From Macrostomum lignano (taxonomy: Eukaryota), in NCBI GenBank assembly GCA_002269645.1, contig NIVC01003175.1, forward strand, positions 1 through 64,000: a stretch of 64,000 nucleotides of DNA, in the 5' to 3' direction. Each line of letters starts with the position of its first letter. The stretch's first letter is position 1. Below are positions 25,649 to 38,882 of the stretch, in pieces. Below the pieces are notes generated by a model. The model made no database searches, was not told the origin of the DNA, and worked only from the letters and a program-made list of their open reading frames with translations. Position numbers and translations under genes: made by a program.

Positions 25649-28600
25649 CTATTGCTTCGCCGTATCTGACTCGTCCTTTTTACTGGTCGGGCCTTCGCCT
25701 TCCATGCCTGGCGACTCCGGCAGCTTCATGGCGCTGGCGAGCGGCACCTTCTCCGAGGCCTCCCGCTGCCTGTCCGGATTCTCGTTGCTCTGGTTAATGC
25801 CGTAGGTGAAGTAGATCAGCAAGCCAATGACCAGCCAGATGGAGAACCGGATCCAGGTCATTGGCTGCAGCTGCAGGATGAGCACGACGTTGAAGGCGAT
25901 GGCGACGCAAGGGAGCAGAGGAACTGCCGGTACCTGTGGGTGTTTATTCGTATATTTGATAAAGGGGTGAAAATGGTTACCCATGACCTAGTTGGAGGAT
26001 AGAGGGCTTGAAATTTGAGTTCAATTAAATATTTATAAGATCCTAGTTTTTAATTGATCAGTGCAGGCACAAAGAAGCTCTTGAGTTGTCCATGGATTTG
26101 ACCTGCAGTAAGTTTTATTCACCAACAACAAGACGTCAAGACGTTGTTCAAAATGTCCTTTAATATTTAGTTCCCCTGCGATCTGTTAGGGCCCAAACAT
26201 TATTAGCGATCACAGAGAATGTCTCTTGGCCTCGGTAGTTCATACTGATCTCATGTACTGCAGTTACAACACTATAGTTGAATCTTCAGTAAGCAGGTTT
26301 CTGAAAAAACTTGCTAAATATTATTCTATTATGCTCAGGCTTAAAGACTACATTTAAATTCCAATTACCTTGAAGGTGCGAATATCCGTGTCCTGATCGT
26401 GCATCAGCATAACGCCAAAGGCCAACAGACAGATCAGGCCGAACAGAACCAGCACAATGATTAGTATAGGGTTAGTTGCTGACAGCGATCCCAGTTTGAC
26501 AATGAGGCTGACGCTGATGAGGCTGCCAACAAAGATCAGAAGGCCCATGATGGCGCCAAAGCCTGGCTGCAACGATCTGAGCAGCGGGAGGCTGCGGAAC
26601 GGCGCTTTTAACCGGCCGACATCCTCTGCCGGCATTGGCTTCTCCGGAGTCAACGGCAACTGCGACGAACTCGTGGACTCAACTTCGGACTCAAGCGCTG
26701 CGATATCAGCGATGCCAGCTGGCCGACTGTACCGCATGATGACCACATTGCAGGCCACAATGCTGTAGGCAATAAGCGTGCCGATGGACAAGAAGTCGGC
26801 AAGCGCTTCAATGTCCAACAACAGAGCCAGCACGGCGGCTATGAAGCTGGAAAAGATGATTGCAACAATTGGCACCTGGGTGAGCGGCGTCACGTAAGCC
26901 AGGATGCGAAATATCAAGCCGTCGGAGGCCATCGCGTACACAACTCGCGGCATAGCGTAGTTGTTGCAGTACAGACAGGCCACGATGCCCGTGATAGATC
27001 CGATTCCAGTGATGATCTCCGCCCATTGAAGCCGGTGAGCCAAAAAGGCGGACGTAAACGCAGCCCGGATGTCGATGAGGTACCACGGCTCGAATAGGGT
27101 GATAGCGGCGCTGGAGATCACGAGCAGGACGGTGGTCACAAACACGGCGATACTAGTGGCCATCGGCAATGACTTCTGCGGCGTCAGGGCCTCCTCTGTG
27201 GAGACGCTGATCGCATCGAAGCCGATAAACGCGTAGAAGCAGGTGGCGGCGCCGGAGAGGACGCCGGTGAAGCCGAACGGCATAAACGGCTGCTCCCTCC
27301 AATTGGCCAAGTCGGCCAGGGCGAACATGACGCCAGAGATGAACAGCAGCACCACAACATTTACAGATGTTGTCACCGTGTTAAAGTGCTTCGACAGGTT
27401 GGCTCCGATGCTGAGAATGACCGCCACCACAATAATTAGCAATACGGACATTAAGTCCGGGTAGTGCGATATGATGTGCTTGATTGTCGAAGTATCGTTC
27501 GGTGACGTTTGGTAGAACGTGCCGACGTGGCTCACGGTCCAATTAGAAATGGCGTCCGATGTCAGAGCGTCCAGGGTGCCGCTGAAACCGCGGGCGATAC
27601 TTGCAGCCGACAGGATGTACTCCAGGATGATGCTCCATCCAATGACGAAAGCTGAAATAAGGTATGTAAAGTTGACCGTCAGATCTTGTCTAGGAGAGAG
27701 AATTAAAAGTTTAAGTCTAAATGCAACTGATTGGGGTCAGAAAAGTATTTTTTAAATAATCTGCTAAATCCATGTCTACCGAAACAAAATCTTACGAAGT
27801 AATCCAATCTACACTCAATCTACACTCAATCTACACTCAATCTACACTCAATCTACACTCAATCTACACTCAATCTACACTCAATCTACACTCAATCTAC
27901 ACTCAATCTACACTCAATCTACACTCAATCTACACTCAATCTACACTCAATCTACACTCAAGCTACACTCAATCTACACTCAATCTACACTTAATCTACA
28001 CTCAATCTACACTCAATCTACACTCAATCTACACTCAATCTACACTCAATCTACACTCAATCTACACTCAATCTACACTCAATCTACACTCAATCTACAC
28101 TCAATCTACACTCAATCTACACTCAATCTACACTCAATCTACACTCAATCTACACTCAATCTACACTCAATCTACACTCAATCTACACTCAATCTACACT
28201 CAATCTACACTCAATCTACACTCAATCTACACTCAATCTACACTCAATCTACACTCAATCTACACTCAATCTACACTCAATCTACACTCAATCTACACTC
28301 AATCTACACTCAATCTACACTCAATCTACACTCAATCTACACTCAATCTACACTCAATCTACCTCCTCTCCTCTCCTCTCCTCTCCTCTCCTCTCCTCTC
28401 CTCTCCTCTCCTCTCCTCTCCTCTCCTCTCCTCTCCTCTCCTCTCCTCTCCTCTCCTCTCCTCTCCTCTCCTCTCCTCTCCTCTCCTCTCCTCTCCTCTC
28501 CTCTCCTCTCCTCTCCTCTCCTCTCCTCTCCTCTCCTCTCCTCTCCTCTCCTCTCCTCTCCTCTCCTCTCCTCTCCTCTCCTCTCCTCTCCTCTCCTCTC

Positions 28601-29289
28601 CTCTCCTCTCCTCTCCTCTCCTCTCCTCTCCTCTCCTCTCCTCTCCTCTCCTCTCCTCTCCTCTCCTCTCCTCTCCTCTCCTCTCCTCTCCTCTCCTCTC
28701 CTCTCCTCTCCTCTCCTCTCCTCTCCTCTCTCCTCTCCTCTCCTCTCCTCTCCTCTCCTCTCCTCTCCTCTCCTCTCCTCTCCTCTCCTCTCCTCTCCTC
28801 TCCTCTCTGCTATCTGTCATCTCTATTCTCTTTCGCGTGGGAGGAAGACAAACAGCTGGTTGCGCCTATTTCCTATGAGCACGAAATAAAGTTTTCTAGA
28901 GAATCCAAGTTACGTGAATTTGATGGCGGTTCAAGTTGTCGCACTCAATCAGACTTACCCAGCAGCTCGCCCATTGCAACATAGGTGTAGCTGTAGGCGC
29001 TGCCAGCTCTGGGCACCCGGGCTCCAAGCTCTGAGTAGCACAGGCCATTCAGGAAGGCGGTGAGGCCCGCCACAAAGTAGGCAATGCAGGTTGCTGGGCC
29101 GGCCTTCCGCCGCACCACCGTGCCTGTGAGAACGTAGATGCCCGCGCCGGACATGTTCCCGATGCCAATCAGAATCAGGTCGAATGTGTTTAAGCAGCGC
29201 TTCAGCGGAGTGCTCATTATGCCTTGATTCAGAGTTTTTGTTCGCCACATGGCGCTACAAAAACGCTGCAACGCGGCTGGAATCGGCAT
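25649..29289 (-). CDS. Cationic amino acid transporter (SLC7A1-4/CAT family, APC superfamily; 3 exons)
   Basis: Exons 29289-28959, 27651-26369, 25933-25649 (GT-AG). Motifs LKRCLNTFDL, GAGIYVLTG, CYSELGARVPRAGSAYSY, FMPFGFTGVLSGAATCFYAFIGFD, AMPRVVYAMASDGL, LSIGTLIAY, FKVPAVPLLP, WIRFSIWLVIG. Confidence 0.93.
27800..28805. repeat. Compound array: 11-bp (CTACACTCAAT)n followed by (CTCTC)n in CAT intron 1
   Basis: Directly visible; switch at about 28360. Confidence 0.95.
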
Positions 29290-31419
29290 CCCTTGTCGCT
29301 TTGACGCGGAGCTTGTCGCACGATTTGAAACGGTTCAAAAACTAGAAGATGCTTCTTCCTTTTTCACCGACTTCCTGAAACCAAATACGGGGGGGATTTG
29401 TAAAGCACATTAAGCCTTAGTGTAGAAAAACTACAAAAAAAGATAGACAATATTAGAGTTAACAAGCGCTAAGCCGCCAATGGCAAAACATTTGATGAAA
29501 CGATAATTTGCGGCACTATTCAAGCTGAATGATAAATGATGCGTAGGGTGAAAAGCTTTGCTAACGACTGCAACTGATACTCTTAAAAAATTCGACTAAG
29601 CTGTGGAGTTTAAGCTTGTCCTGCTACTTTAATAGAGAATCAACCAGGGGGGGGGGACTGTGGAATCGACACGAGCAGTACTCATCGAAACCGCGGGTCG
29701 ATTGTTCATGGAAATATCCCAAGCTTTGCTGTAGAGAGAGAGAGAGAGAGAGAGATTACAAGGGAGAAAGAGAGGGAGCAAAAAAGCACACGAACTAGGC
29801 TCAGGACACGTTGTACTTGTGTGATTTTTTTAAAGCTTGGGTGAAACAAAAATTTACCCCTATAGTACCAAAACTACTTAAAGAAACGGTTAGTAGAAAA
29901 AAAGAAAATTTTATATAATCTACTAAAAAGCGTTTTTCAAACTCACCCCATCAGCGGAAGGAACCAAGCTTACAAAATGGCGGTACTAATTGAGCAAAAA
30001 TAATATCTGAGAAGATGTCAACAACAACAGACCTTTATGATTGAATTAAATTGATAAATTCGAGTGGAAAGCTATAATACCGCTGCCCGATGAAGTTAAG
30101 CGGCTGGAACAAAGAGCGCAGAGCAGTTCTTGGGGGTCTGGCAGGAAGCGAGAGTGTGCCTGTGGGCGAACAATTACCCCGATGAGACAGACTATAAAGC
30201 TGTTGCACTACCCTAACTAACGCCCCCCCACCTAAAATCTCCTCTACACTCAACTCATCGGCTAACTACATGCGCTGTACGTTAAAGAAAGAACGCTGAA
30301 AACTTCTCCGCTTGGTGTCTAAACAGAGCTTAAAGCAACAATAGGCCAAGAAAAAAGAGTGAAGACATGAAATCTTTGGAATTTTCCTCCCCCTCCCTAA
30401 GAGCTAGTCATGGCCGACTCGTGCTGCAGTGTGCACACGTGCCCTGTGCACAAGTGTGAGTCTAAGAACCGAGGGGTGAATATTGAAGCACTATACCGCA
30501 AGTTGCCACTCAAACAGTGCGCTCAGTTAGGCGTTTCCGGACCAGCAGTTTCAGTCAACTCAGCTGTTTGCTCCGACTCTGCACTAACCTTAAAGAGATT
30601 ACGGCAATTGATCAGTACCTAATCCGCTATGCTAACTCGCAGTTCTGAGTTGCACAGCCGCTCCACTGGGAACTCCATTGCCGCAAGCCAGATTTCAGCA
30701 TTTACTGTTAGTTTAAAATCGTGAAGGCGGAACTATCAGTACCCAACCAGCTGCACTTGGGGCGTAAAACCGCTAAAAGAAAATCTGTTCCAGTTTCACA
30801 AGAAAGCTTCTTTTACTTAGTTTAATAACTCACCCGCTGCTGTTCTGGCACACTTTGATAACCGGTTCGCCAAATAAAGCGTTTAATATAATTCCCTTCA
30901 CAGCCGGCATGTCTACACAGCCTCAGCCTTAGTTAGTACACAGCATAATTAAAGAAGCAAAGAATTGAAGATGTTTAGTAAGTCACTTAGTGATCATGGC
31001 TTCACCCATAAACTATTTTAGAGTAAGCTATTTAAAACCCGTAATAGTTAATAATATCAACCTTCAATCTAGTCTAAGCCAGTATAGGCCAACTACTGAA
31101 AGGTTGTCTGGAACTTTTAATGCCTTTTCAAGCATTTTATTTATTTCAAATAGGTTTCGACAAAGCTTGCATTGGTCCTACTGACAGTAGCCTAGTCAGT
31201 ATATGCCTAGAACTATACTGAACGAACAACACAAATAGATTATGCTCAACTCAAATATATAGATGTTTGAGAAAATATAGCTTTGTCAAGGGCAAACTTT
31301 ATAAAACAGCGTGTTTGGAACATTACTGCGACAAAAACTGCACGTCTACTTGCATTGATGCCTGCAATTCAAGCTGAAGGCGTTCTGTTTTTTAGGGCCA
31401 CTCAGCTGTCCACCCAACT

Positions 31420-31530
31420 GACTCCACTGCTCACCCACCTCACTACGCTGCCCACTCACCTCACTACGCTGCCCAGCCACCTCACTACGCTGCCCACCCA
31501 CCTCACTACGCGGCCCACCCACCTCACTCC
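31420..31530. repeat. Short tandem repeat (CCACCTCACTACGCTGCCCAC-type, about 4 copies)
   Basis: Directly visible. Confidence 0.7.
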
Positions 31531-32819
31531 GATACCCCCATAAAGTCCATATTTCGCGTTAAATCGTGCCCGTTGACATTTTTTCCTTGCAATAATGCGT
31601 CAAGTAGAAAGTACAATAATTATTTTTTAAATTAGAAACAAAAGATACGGTTGAGCTGAATCCTGCTATGGTGGTATGATTCACTCAAAAAAGGGCATTT
31701 CGGTGGCATCTATGACTTGACAATTTTGCACCTTTAGATTGCCAAAGTATAGTTAAAATCTGCACTCTCTTAGAAATGACGGCATTATTCGAAAAGGCTC
31801 ATTTAATTAATAATGGCTACTAAAGACTCAAAGATCGTCCCAGAATTTTGGCAGGCAAATCTAAAAGCAAACTGGACAACTGCTTCGGCGAGTGCATGCC
31901 CCCAGCAGCAGATCGGGTGAGAAATTCACGCCTTCCATTAGCCCGAGCCAGCTAATTGCACTCAGACTGAGCACTCTCAGCACTCTCAGCGCAGCTGGCT
32001 GTTAAATTGTCGCACCTTCTCTGCCAGTCTTTTCAAAGCAATAATAATAGATTCAGTTAAAGCTATACCTAGCCAACTGAGAAGACCTGTCTGACCGTTG
32101 GTTGGTTTAAGCAACCTTAGCGGCCCTAACTAAAGGAAATTGAAATTTTATTCTCTACCTTTAGCCGGAGTGATATAGCTATAGAAGCACCGACCGGGCC
32201 ATTACAATAGCCTATACGGCTAGTCTGGTGGAGGTGGGGGGCGCAGGTGGGCATCTACCCCCCCCCCCCTAGTTATCAGAGAAAAAATAAACTGGGAGTG
32301 AAGGTAAACAGAGTACAAAAACAGAGAGAGAAGAGCTACTCACACTAATCAAGAGGCTGAGAGACTAGTTAAAAGAGAAAAAACACATACGCATATGCAT
32401 CACTCAAACTGCAAAATTTTGTAAAACAATATATTAACTTGACCAATTTGAACGTAAGCAGACTCTATCCGCGTCATCAGCAATTCGGATAATATTAATA
32501 TCAGGTATGCAAAATTGCATTAAGATTAATTCTCTGGGCTGATTGACAGCTAAAATCGTGGAACTGGTGCTTGGAGATGATGTACTCGTAGGATTTCACG
32601 ACAAGCCACAGGGTCAGTATACGGGAACGCCAAGTTCGGGCCGCGCACGAAATCAGATCTAGATACTTAGTCGCTCTGCCCCTCTCCCAACAGGTAGCAT
32701 AATTGAGGCCTGTTTTACAACTTTGAACTTTCATATGCACCAAAAATTTCTTGAATCTAAAATAGCTCGTAAAAAACTCATTGAATAGCGCCTGAATTGT
32801 TGAGGAACTTCTTCTAAGC

Positions 32820-33212
32820 CGGGGGTCGGCTAACTCTGGCCCGCGGGCCACATGCGGCCCTCGGGTTCTTTGAAACTTCAAAATAGCAATCCCGGCAGCT
32901 CAAGATTTGTCTCTGCTCATCTCTTTCTCTTCTCTCTCTTCTCTCCTCTCTCCTCTTCCCCTCCTAACCTCTCTGTTCTCTCTCCTCTTCTCTCTCTCCG
33001 CTCTCCGCTCTCGAATCTCTTCTCTCTCTCTCTCCTCTCTCCCCTTCTCTCCCTTCTCCCTCTCTCTCCTCTTCCCTCTCTCCTCTTCTCTCCTTTTATT
33101 TGCCCTTTCATCCCATGTATCACCTCTCCTCTCTTCTCTCATCTCTCATCTTCTATTCCATCTCCTTTCCATTCTCATCTGGCCCTTAAGGGAAAAAGTT
33201 TTACAACTCCTG
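32820..33212. mobile_element. hAT-type MITE with CT-rich interior
   Basis: Starts CGGGGGTCGGCTAACT...GGCCCGCGGCCCACATGCGGCCC and ends AGTTTTACAACTCCTG; 8-bp flanks TTCTAAGC (32812-19) and TTCTAAAC (33213-20). Confidence 0.65.
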
Positions 33213-33269
33213 TTCTAAACCTAACGATTGCAGGCAAAACAGCGGCACCAGACCTACAGGCCCATCGCG

Positions 33270-34331
33270 ATGGGGGAAGTTGATTACGCCGCCATTCGCT
33301 TTCTGTTCATTGGCGCGATTACAGCATCGCTGATCTTCAGCGTCGGCATCATCAGCCTGGGAGTTTGGATTCTCGCCGATGCGTCTTTGCTGTCCTTCTG
33401 GCTCAACAAGATCGTCATCACGGACTACGGCGCGTTGACTGTTTCGCTGAGAGTCTCCTCCTACATGCCCATCGGCCTGGGCTTGGTGGCCACGATCAGT
33501 TTTGGCCTGGGCCTGCTCCACGTGCTCCGCGGTGGCAAGGCCCTGCTCGTAGCCTACATGGTATTCACAGCGATCGCCATTGTGCTAGAGATCGTGCTGG
33601 CCATCGTACCGATGGGCATGTGGAGAACCGTAGAGACCGAACTGCCAACCTACATGAAGTCCACTCTGCAGAGCGAGTACAGAGGCATTAGCGAGGGCTC
33701 AGACTATCCCAACAGCATCATCTGGGATGTGATGCAAATCCAGCTGGAGTGCTGCGGCTACAACGGCCCGTCGGACTTTACTACAAGCTACGGCACGTAC
33801 GCATCGCTGTGGCACAATCAGTACCGGCACTACAAAGCCGATGGGGTGACCTACTCAGGCGTCGACTACATGTTCCCAGTTAGCTGCTGCAAATTCTCCG
33901 ACAAGAGCATCACAGCCAAGCAGGACTTTGCCAACTATGAGAGCTACGTTGGCAACAAACAGTGCCCAGTCACCGGTGTTGACTACCACAGCAACAGTTG
34001 CCAGGAGCCAATGAAGAGCTACGTGTACGTTTACTTCAGCGTCATCCTGGCGGCGAGCATAGTCATGCTTGTGGTTCACTCAGTCTCGATATTCCTGTCG
34101 GCTTACCTATTCAAGAAGCGGCTGGTGCCTGCAGGTCGCTACCGACCAATGAGCAGCGTGAGCAGCAGTCTGGGGCTTCGGTCAACCAACTCGGGCAAAG
34201 TTTCGCCCCTCAGCTGGCATCCGAGAGGCGGTGGAGCAGCAGCGAGCTCAACACGGCCTGGCTACGCTAGGCCGGCGACCTTCTCTGTGAGCGACGGGCG
34301 CAGCAACCCACCCTACGTGGGTAGATGGTAG
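33270..34331 (+). CDS. Tetraspanin-family protein, single coding exon, with extended C-terminal tail
   Basis: First ATG at 33270; four hydrophobic helices; large loop with WDVMQIQLECCG and FPVSCC motifs. Confidence 0.88.
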   Translation: MGEVDYAAIRFLFIGAITASLIFSVGIISLGVWILADASLLSFWLNKIVITDYGALTVSLRVSSYMPIGLGLVATISFGLGLLHVLRGGKALLVAYMVFTAIAIVLEIVLAIVPMGMWRTVETELPTYMKSTLQSEYRGISEGSDYPNSIIWDVMQIQLECCGYNGPSDFTTSYGTYASLWHNQYRHYKADGVTYSGVDYMFPVSCCKFSDKSITAKQDFANYESYVGNKQCPVTGVDYHSNSCQEPMKSYVYVYFSVILAASIVMLVVHSVSIFLSAYLFKKRLVPAGRYRPMSSVSSSLGLRSTNSGKVSPLSWHPRGGGAAASSTRPGYARPATFSVSDGRSNPPYVGRW

Positions 34332-35751
34332 ACGTCTTACAATACGGGCCAACGGTTACACGCAAGGACTGTTCAAGCCTTTTCAGATTGAACTTTTACA
34401 GCCTCTGTTCTGCTCGTCCTCGTGGTTTCTAACGACGCTTTCAAAGTAAACGGATTTTTTCTGACAAATTGTCTCCCAAACCTCAGAGTAGACACAAATC
34501 TCATGCAAGCATTTCATCTGTTAAAATCGAATTTTTAACTTATCTAGCTGGTTAAAGAAAAAAATGATGCTCCAGTATGTTGATGAACAAACAATGCCCT
34601 CCAATTTATTGTAATAACTGATCTGTTTCTGTAAAAATGATTGACATGTACAGAAACATTAACTTAAATATATACTATGCTCCTCACACCCTATTAACCC
34701 TCATACAGTGAGTCTTTTCTAATCTTGTCGGGTAATGTTAATTTTTATATTTGTTAGCAACATCAAAAAAGATTACTTTAGTTATTGGCACAACGCTGCA
34801 AACTGCTATAAAACATGTGCTATTCTAGTCCAAGGACTGCTCAAGTAGAAAGACGCGAAAATAAGTTTCTTAGAAAATGTTTATGAGGCTGGTTTTGGCC
34901 GAAAAAGACACTACGGAGACAGGAATTTACAATTGTCTCTCTTTGCTACTAAAATATCTTAAACTTGAAAACTCGAAATTGTCTAGAAGATAATTAAAAC
35001 TCTTTATAGAGATGCAGCTTCAAGTTTTAAACTTACCAATTTAGCAGTCCAAAATTGAGTTGAGAATTATTCCTGAAAACTATATAGGTAATTAATATTA
35101 ATTCGAATTTCAATTTAGATAGCTCGCAAAATCGAACACATTCAGAAGGTTATTTATGCGCACATCATTCTAGGTGGGCCGGCATAGATACGCAAGTCCC
35201 AGTCAATCACATCCAAGTACTCAAATTAACCCACCCCCTCCCCTCACCCCCTCCCCTCACCCCCCAAAGTCAACACACAACGTTAATGGAAGGGAGTAAA
35301 CTAACTATTGATTTGAGCATCATTATTCACGATCAGTTCAATAGGGTGTACAATGTGTCCACTGAGAGACTGCGATCTAGCTTTCTGTCTCACTGCGTAT
35401 CACCTGGCCTATGTGCAGTCTGTGAGTGACTGCTCGCATCACATCAACAGAAACATTTTAGCCATCACATGGAGGGGACATTGGGGGTCGCCCCCCCCCC
35501 AAATTCCAGAAAAAGTACACTCAGCTACATGTTAAAGTTTCCACAGCAGAAAAGTGCAGACAACTTCAATCCAACTCATAGCCATAGCTCTCCTCTCTAT
35601 CCTCACCAGCCTAAACTGGGACATTGTGACGCAAATAACATCACCCACAGTTGAGACAAGAAACCGCGGATGTGATGCCAATTGCGTCAACTTAGGGCTG
35701 AGATTTGAGAGTGTTTCGGAGTGTGGAAACTTAAACATTTTGCTCAGTGTG

Positions 35752-36392
35752 TGTGTCACCCCTAGGGTTGTTGACTATGGTGCTGGCGCCCCTAGGGTTG
35801 GTGACCATGGTGTTGGCACCCCTAGGGTTGGTGCCCATGGTGCTGGCACCCCTAGGGTTGGTGCCCATGGTGCTGGCGCCCCTAGGGTTGGTGACCATGG
35901 TGCTGGCACCCCTAGGGATGGTGACCATGGTGCTGGCGCCCCTAGGGATGGTGACCATGGTGCTGGCGCCCCTAGGGATGGTGACCATGGTGCTGGCGCC
36001 CCTAGGGATGGTGACCATGGTGCTGGCGCCCCTAGGGATGGTGACCATGGTGCTGGCGCCCCTAGGGTTGGTGACCATGGTGCTGGCGCCCCTAGGGATG
36101 GTGACCATGGTGCTGGCGCCCCTAGGGTTGTTGACTATGGTGCTGGCGCCCCTAGGGTTGGTGCCCATGGTGCTGGCACCCCTAGGGATGGTGACCATGG
36201 TGCTGGCACCCCTAGGGATGGTGACCATGGTGCTGGCACCCCTAGGGATGGTGACCATGGTGCTGGCACCCCTAGGGTTGGTGCCCATGGTGCTGGCGCC
36301 CCTAGGGTTGGTGACCATGGTGCTGGCACCCCTAGGGTTGGTGCCCATGGTGCTGGCGCCCCTAGGGTTGGTGACCATGGTGTTGGCGCCCC
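35752..36392. repeat. 30-bp minisatellite (CCTAGGGATGGTGACCATGGTGCTGGCGCC)n
   Basis: About 21 copies directly visible. Confidence 0.95.
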
Positions 36393-36453
36393 CAGGGCCC
36401 GTGCTATAGAATCAGAAGCTAAAAAGAATGAAGCTCCTCAGCTCCTGTGTGTA

Positions 36454-36741
36454 CCATTGAGGAAAGAATAGAATAAAGTGCTAATCGAAGCCAGTTATTT
36501 TTTATCTCGCTCGATTTTCACTTTTAACATCCCTTTCCCCCCGTTCCTTTCTATTGGCTGAAAGCATATTTTGATGCGAGCTCGTACTATGCTGGGACAT
36601 ACCTTTCAGAGGGGAGCGAAAACAAAATGGCAGTCACGAGCCAATAGGAAAGAAGGGGGAAAGGGATATTAAAAGTGAAGATCGAGTGAGACAAAAATAA
36701 CTGGCTCAGATTAGCACTCCATTCTATTCTTTCCTCCATGG
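36454..36741. mobile_element. Foldback-type MITE with about 110-bp imperfect TIRs
   Basis: Left arm CCATTGAGGAAAGAATAGAATAAAGTGCTAATC...CTATTGGCT mirrors right arm AGCCAATAG...GATTAGCACTCCATTCTATTCTTTCCTCCATGG; TGTGTA on both flanks. Confidence 0.75.
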
Positions 36742-36894
36742 TGTGTACTCGTAGATTTCGGGAGTTAAAGAGTTCTAACCCATGCTTTGATAATTGTCTA
36801 TGGCCAAAACCGTGTATGGGGAGAGCATTTTGTGATGCACGTGGCAAACAAGTCTGCAACTTCAACTTTATAGCGCCATTCGGCACCACATAGC

Positions 36895-37460
36895 ACACAT
36901 GCGGCTAGCAACACATCCGGCTAGCAACACATCCAGCTAGCAACACATCCGGCTAGCAACACATCCGGCTAGCAACACATCCGGCTAGCAACACATTTGG
37001 CTAGCAACACATAGGGCTAGCAACACATCCGGCTAGCAACACATCCGGCTAGCAACACATCCGGCTAGCAACACATCCGGCTAGCAACACATCCGGCTAG
37101 CAACACATCCGGCTAGCAACACATACGGTTAGCAACACATATGGATAGCAACACATCCAGCTAGCAACACATCCGGCTAGCAACACATACGGTTAGCAAC
37201 ATATCCGGCTAGCAACACATACGGTTAGCAACACATCCGGCTAGCAACACATCTGGATAGCAACATATCTGGATAACAACATGTCTGGATAGACATCCGG
37301 CTAGCAACACATACGGTTAGCAACATATCTGGATAACAACACGTCTGGATAGACATCCGGCTAGCAACACATCCGGCTAGCAACACATACGGTTAGGAAC
37401 ATATATGGATAGCAACACATCTGAATAGACATCCGGCTAGCAACGCATCCGGCTAGCAAA
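36895..37460. repeat. 16-bp minisatellite (GGCTAGCAACACATCC)n
   Basis: Directly visible, period 16. Confidence 0.92.
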
Positions 37461-38120
37461 CGGGGTTTCCATAGCTACATGTAGGCCTCACTACATGATA
37501 GAGGATCGTCCAAGCACAACAGTGTTAGCTAGACTGTTAAACAAAGCGAGTAAAACATATTGAATTTCTCAGGAAAAAGGCTGCCTCTTAGAGAGCCCTG
37601 TTTGCCCTTAAAAAGCTTGCTAAGGTCTGTTACAACAAGTGCTCATATAGCAGTTGTGAAGACGCCGCTAGCAACCGCCAGCGTTGTAAAAGAGCATTTA
37701 CTCTCGCCGTCTCTGTTTGCGTAGGCGCCTGTTGACACAATGTTGTTACGCGAGAGCTCTCTTTTAGCTCAACTTTTTCAGAAAATTTCAGAAGAAAATT
37801 TTAAGCGTGCAATGTAGACTGGGGCTTCAGTGCTTAGCTTTCTACTAACAGTGCCTCTAAATATTTTTAGAAGCTTCCAGAAAAAAAGAGAAGATAAGAA
37901 GCACAGTACTAACAAAAGTTATCTACCATGCAGCAGCCGCTTTTGTTTGTCCCTCGTATTGACACAGCACGGAATTGAACGCAGATTGTAACTAAAATGC
38001 TTGCTTAGAAAGCTGTTAAAATAATGATTTAGTTTACTTTGTTTTGTCTTGTACTGTAAGCTTCTTCCATGGATAAATCGATTTTGCAAGCCTCGATACC
38101 ATGCTGTGCTCTGCGGCGAC

Positions 38121-38882
38121 TCAGTCAAACGGCGACACGCACTGGCAGTAGCCTCCGCCTGAGTACACATAGTTGTCAGTGGGCAGGTCAAGCAAGAGTC
38201 CGTTAAGGTAGACCCCAGCTCTATCTTCCACACCTTCATGGTTGTTCGGCTCTCCGCTGCTCCACAGTGCAGCCGAGATGTTGAGACCGCAGCTGGCCCA
38301 CTGCCAGCCTCCTGACGGCTCCGAGCTGCCCGGCAGCTGCCAGCCTCCCACGTAAACTGTGTTGACGGCCGCCACGCCAGCCAGTTGCTCGGCCGCCAGC
38401 TTTCCGACTTTGTCTCGCGCCGCTGCATCACTCAGCTCGGCCATGATGACGAGTCCAGCCTCCGCGTCGCACATCTCCTTGCACCTGGTCCAGTTTCCCG
38501 CACAGCTCATGAACTTGTACTTGGTGCCGCACAGGTCGTCAGCGTAGCCAGCAGGACACAGGGCTCCCATCGGCAGTCCCGGCTGCTGCCTCACAAACAG
38601 CTGTGCTGTGCGATTGCAGCTGCAGTCTCTCACGTTCTTGCTGCACCTGTGAAACACGAACAGCTGGCACGGACCGTCGGACATGCTGAACGCCTGGCAG
38701 TGCGCGACATTGGCGCAGAGCATCGAGCACGTCTTGAGGGTGGTGACCTCCGGGTGAGTTCGCACGAACTCGCTTCTCACGCAGTTGAGAGCCGTGACAG
38801 CATGGAACTGAACTCTGCATTTGCTGCTGCAGATCAGAGGAGTCTGCGACAGAGCGACAATCAGGAAGCTGAGCAGCTTCAT
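38121..38882 (-). CDS. Secreted PAN/apple-like + C-type lectin domain protein, copy A (253 aa, intronless)
   Basis: Hydrophobic N-terminus; C-x3-C-x5-C PAN-like segment; CTLD features (W...C, VYVGG, WQW, WSSGEPNN). Confidence 0.82.
   Translation of the reverse strand: MKLLSFLIVALSQTPLICSSKCRVQFHAVTALNCVRSEFVRTHPEVTTLKTCSMLCANVAHCQAFSMSDGPCQLFVFHRCSKNVRDCSCNRTAQLFVRQQPGLPMGALCPAGYADDLCGTKYKFMSCAGNWTRCKEMCDAEAGLVIMAELSDAAARDKVGKLAAEQLAGVAAVNTVYVGGWQLPGSSEPSGGWQWASCGLNISAALWSSGEPNNHEGVEDRAGVYLNGLLLDLPTDNYVYSGGGYCQCVSPFD

Noticed and set aside
35554-36471. 305-aa ORF with a signal-peptide-like start and (GAGAPRDGDH)n
   Set aside because: GTG start, several frames open because of the 30-bp unit, and the end runs into a transposon TIR; no independent coding evidence.
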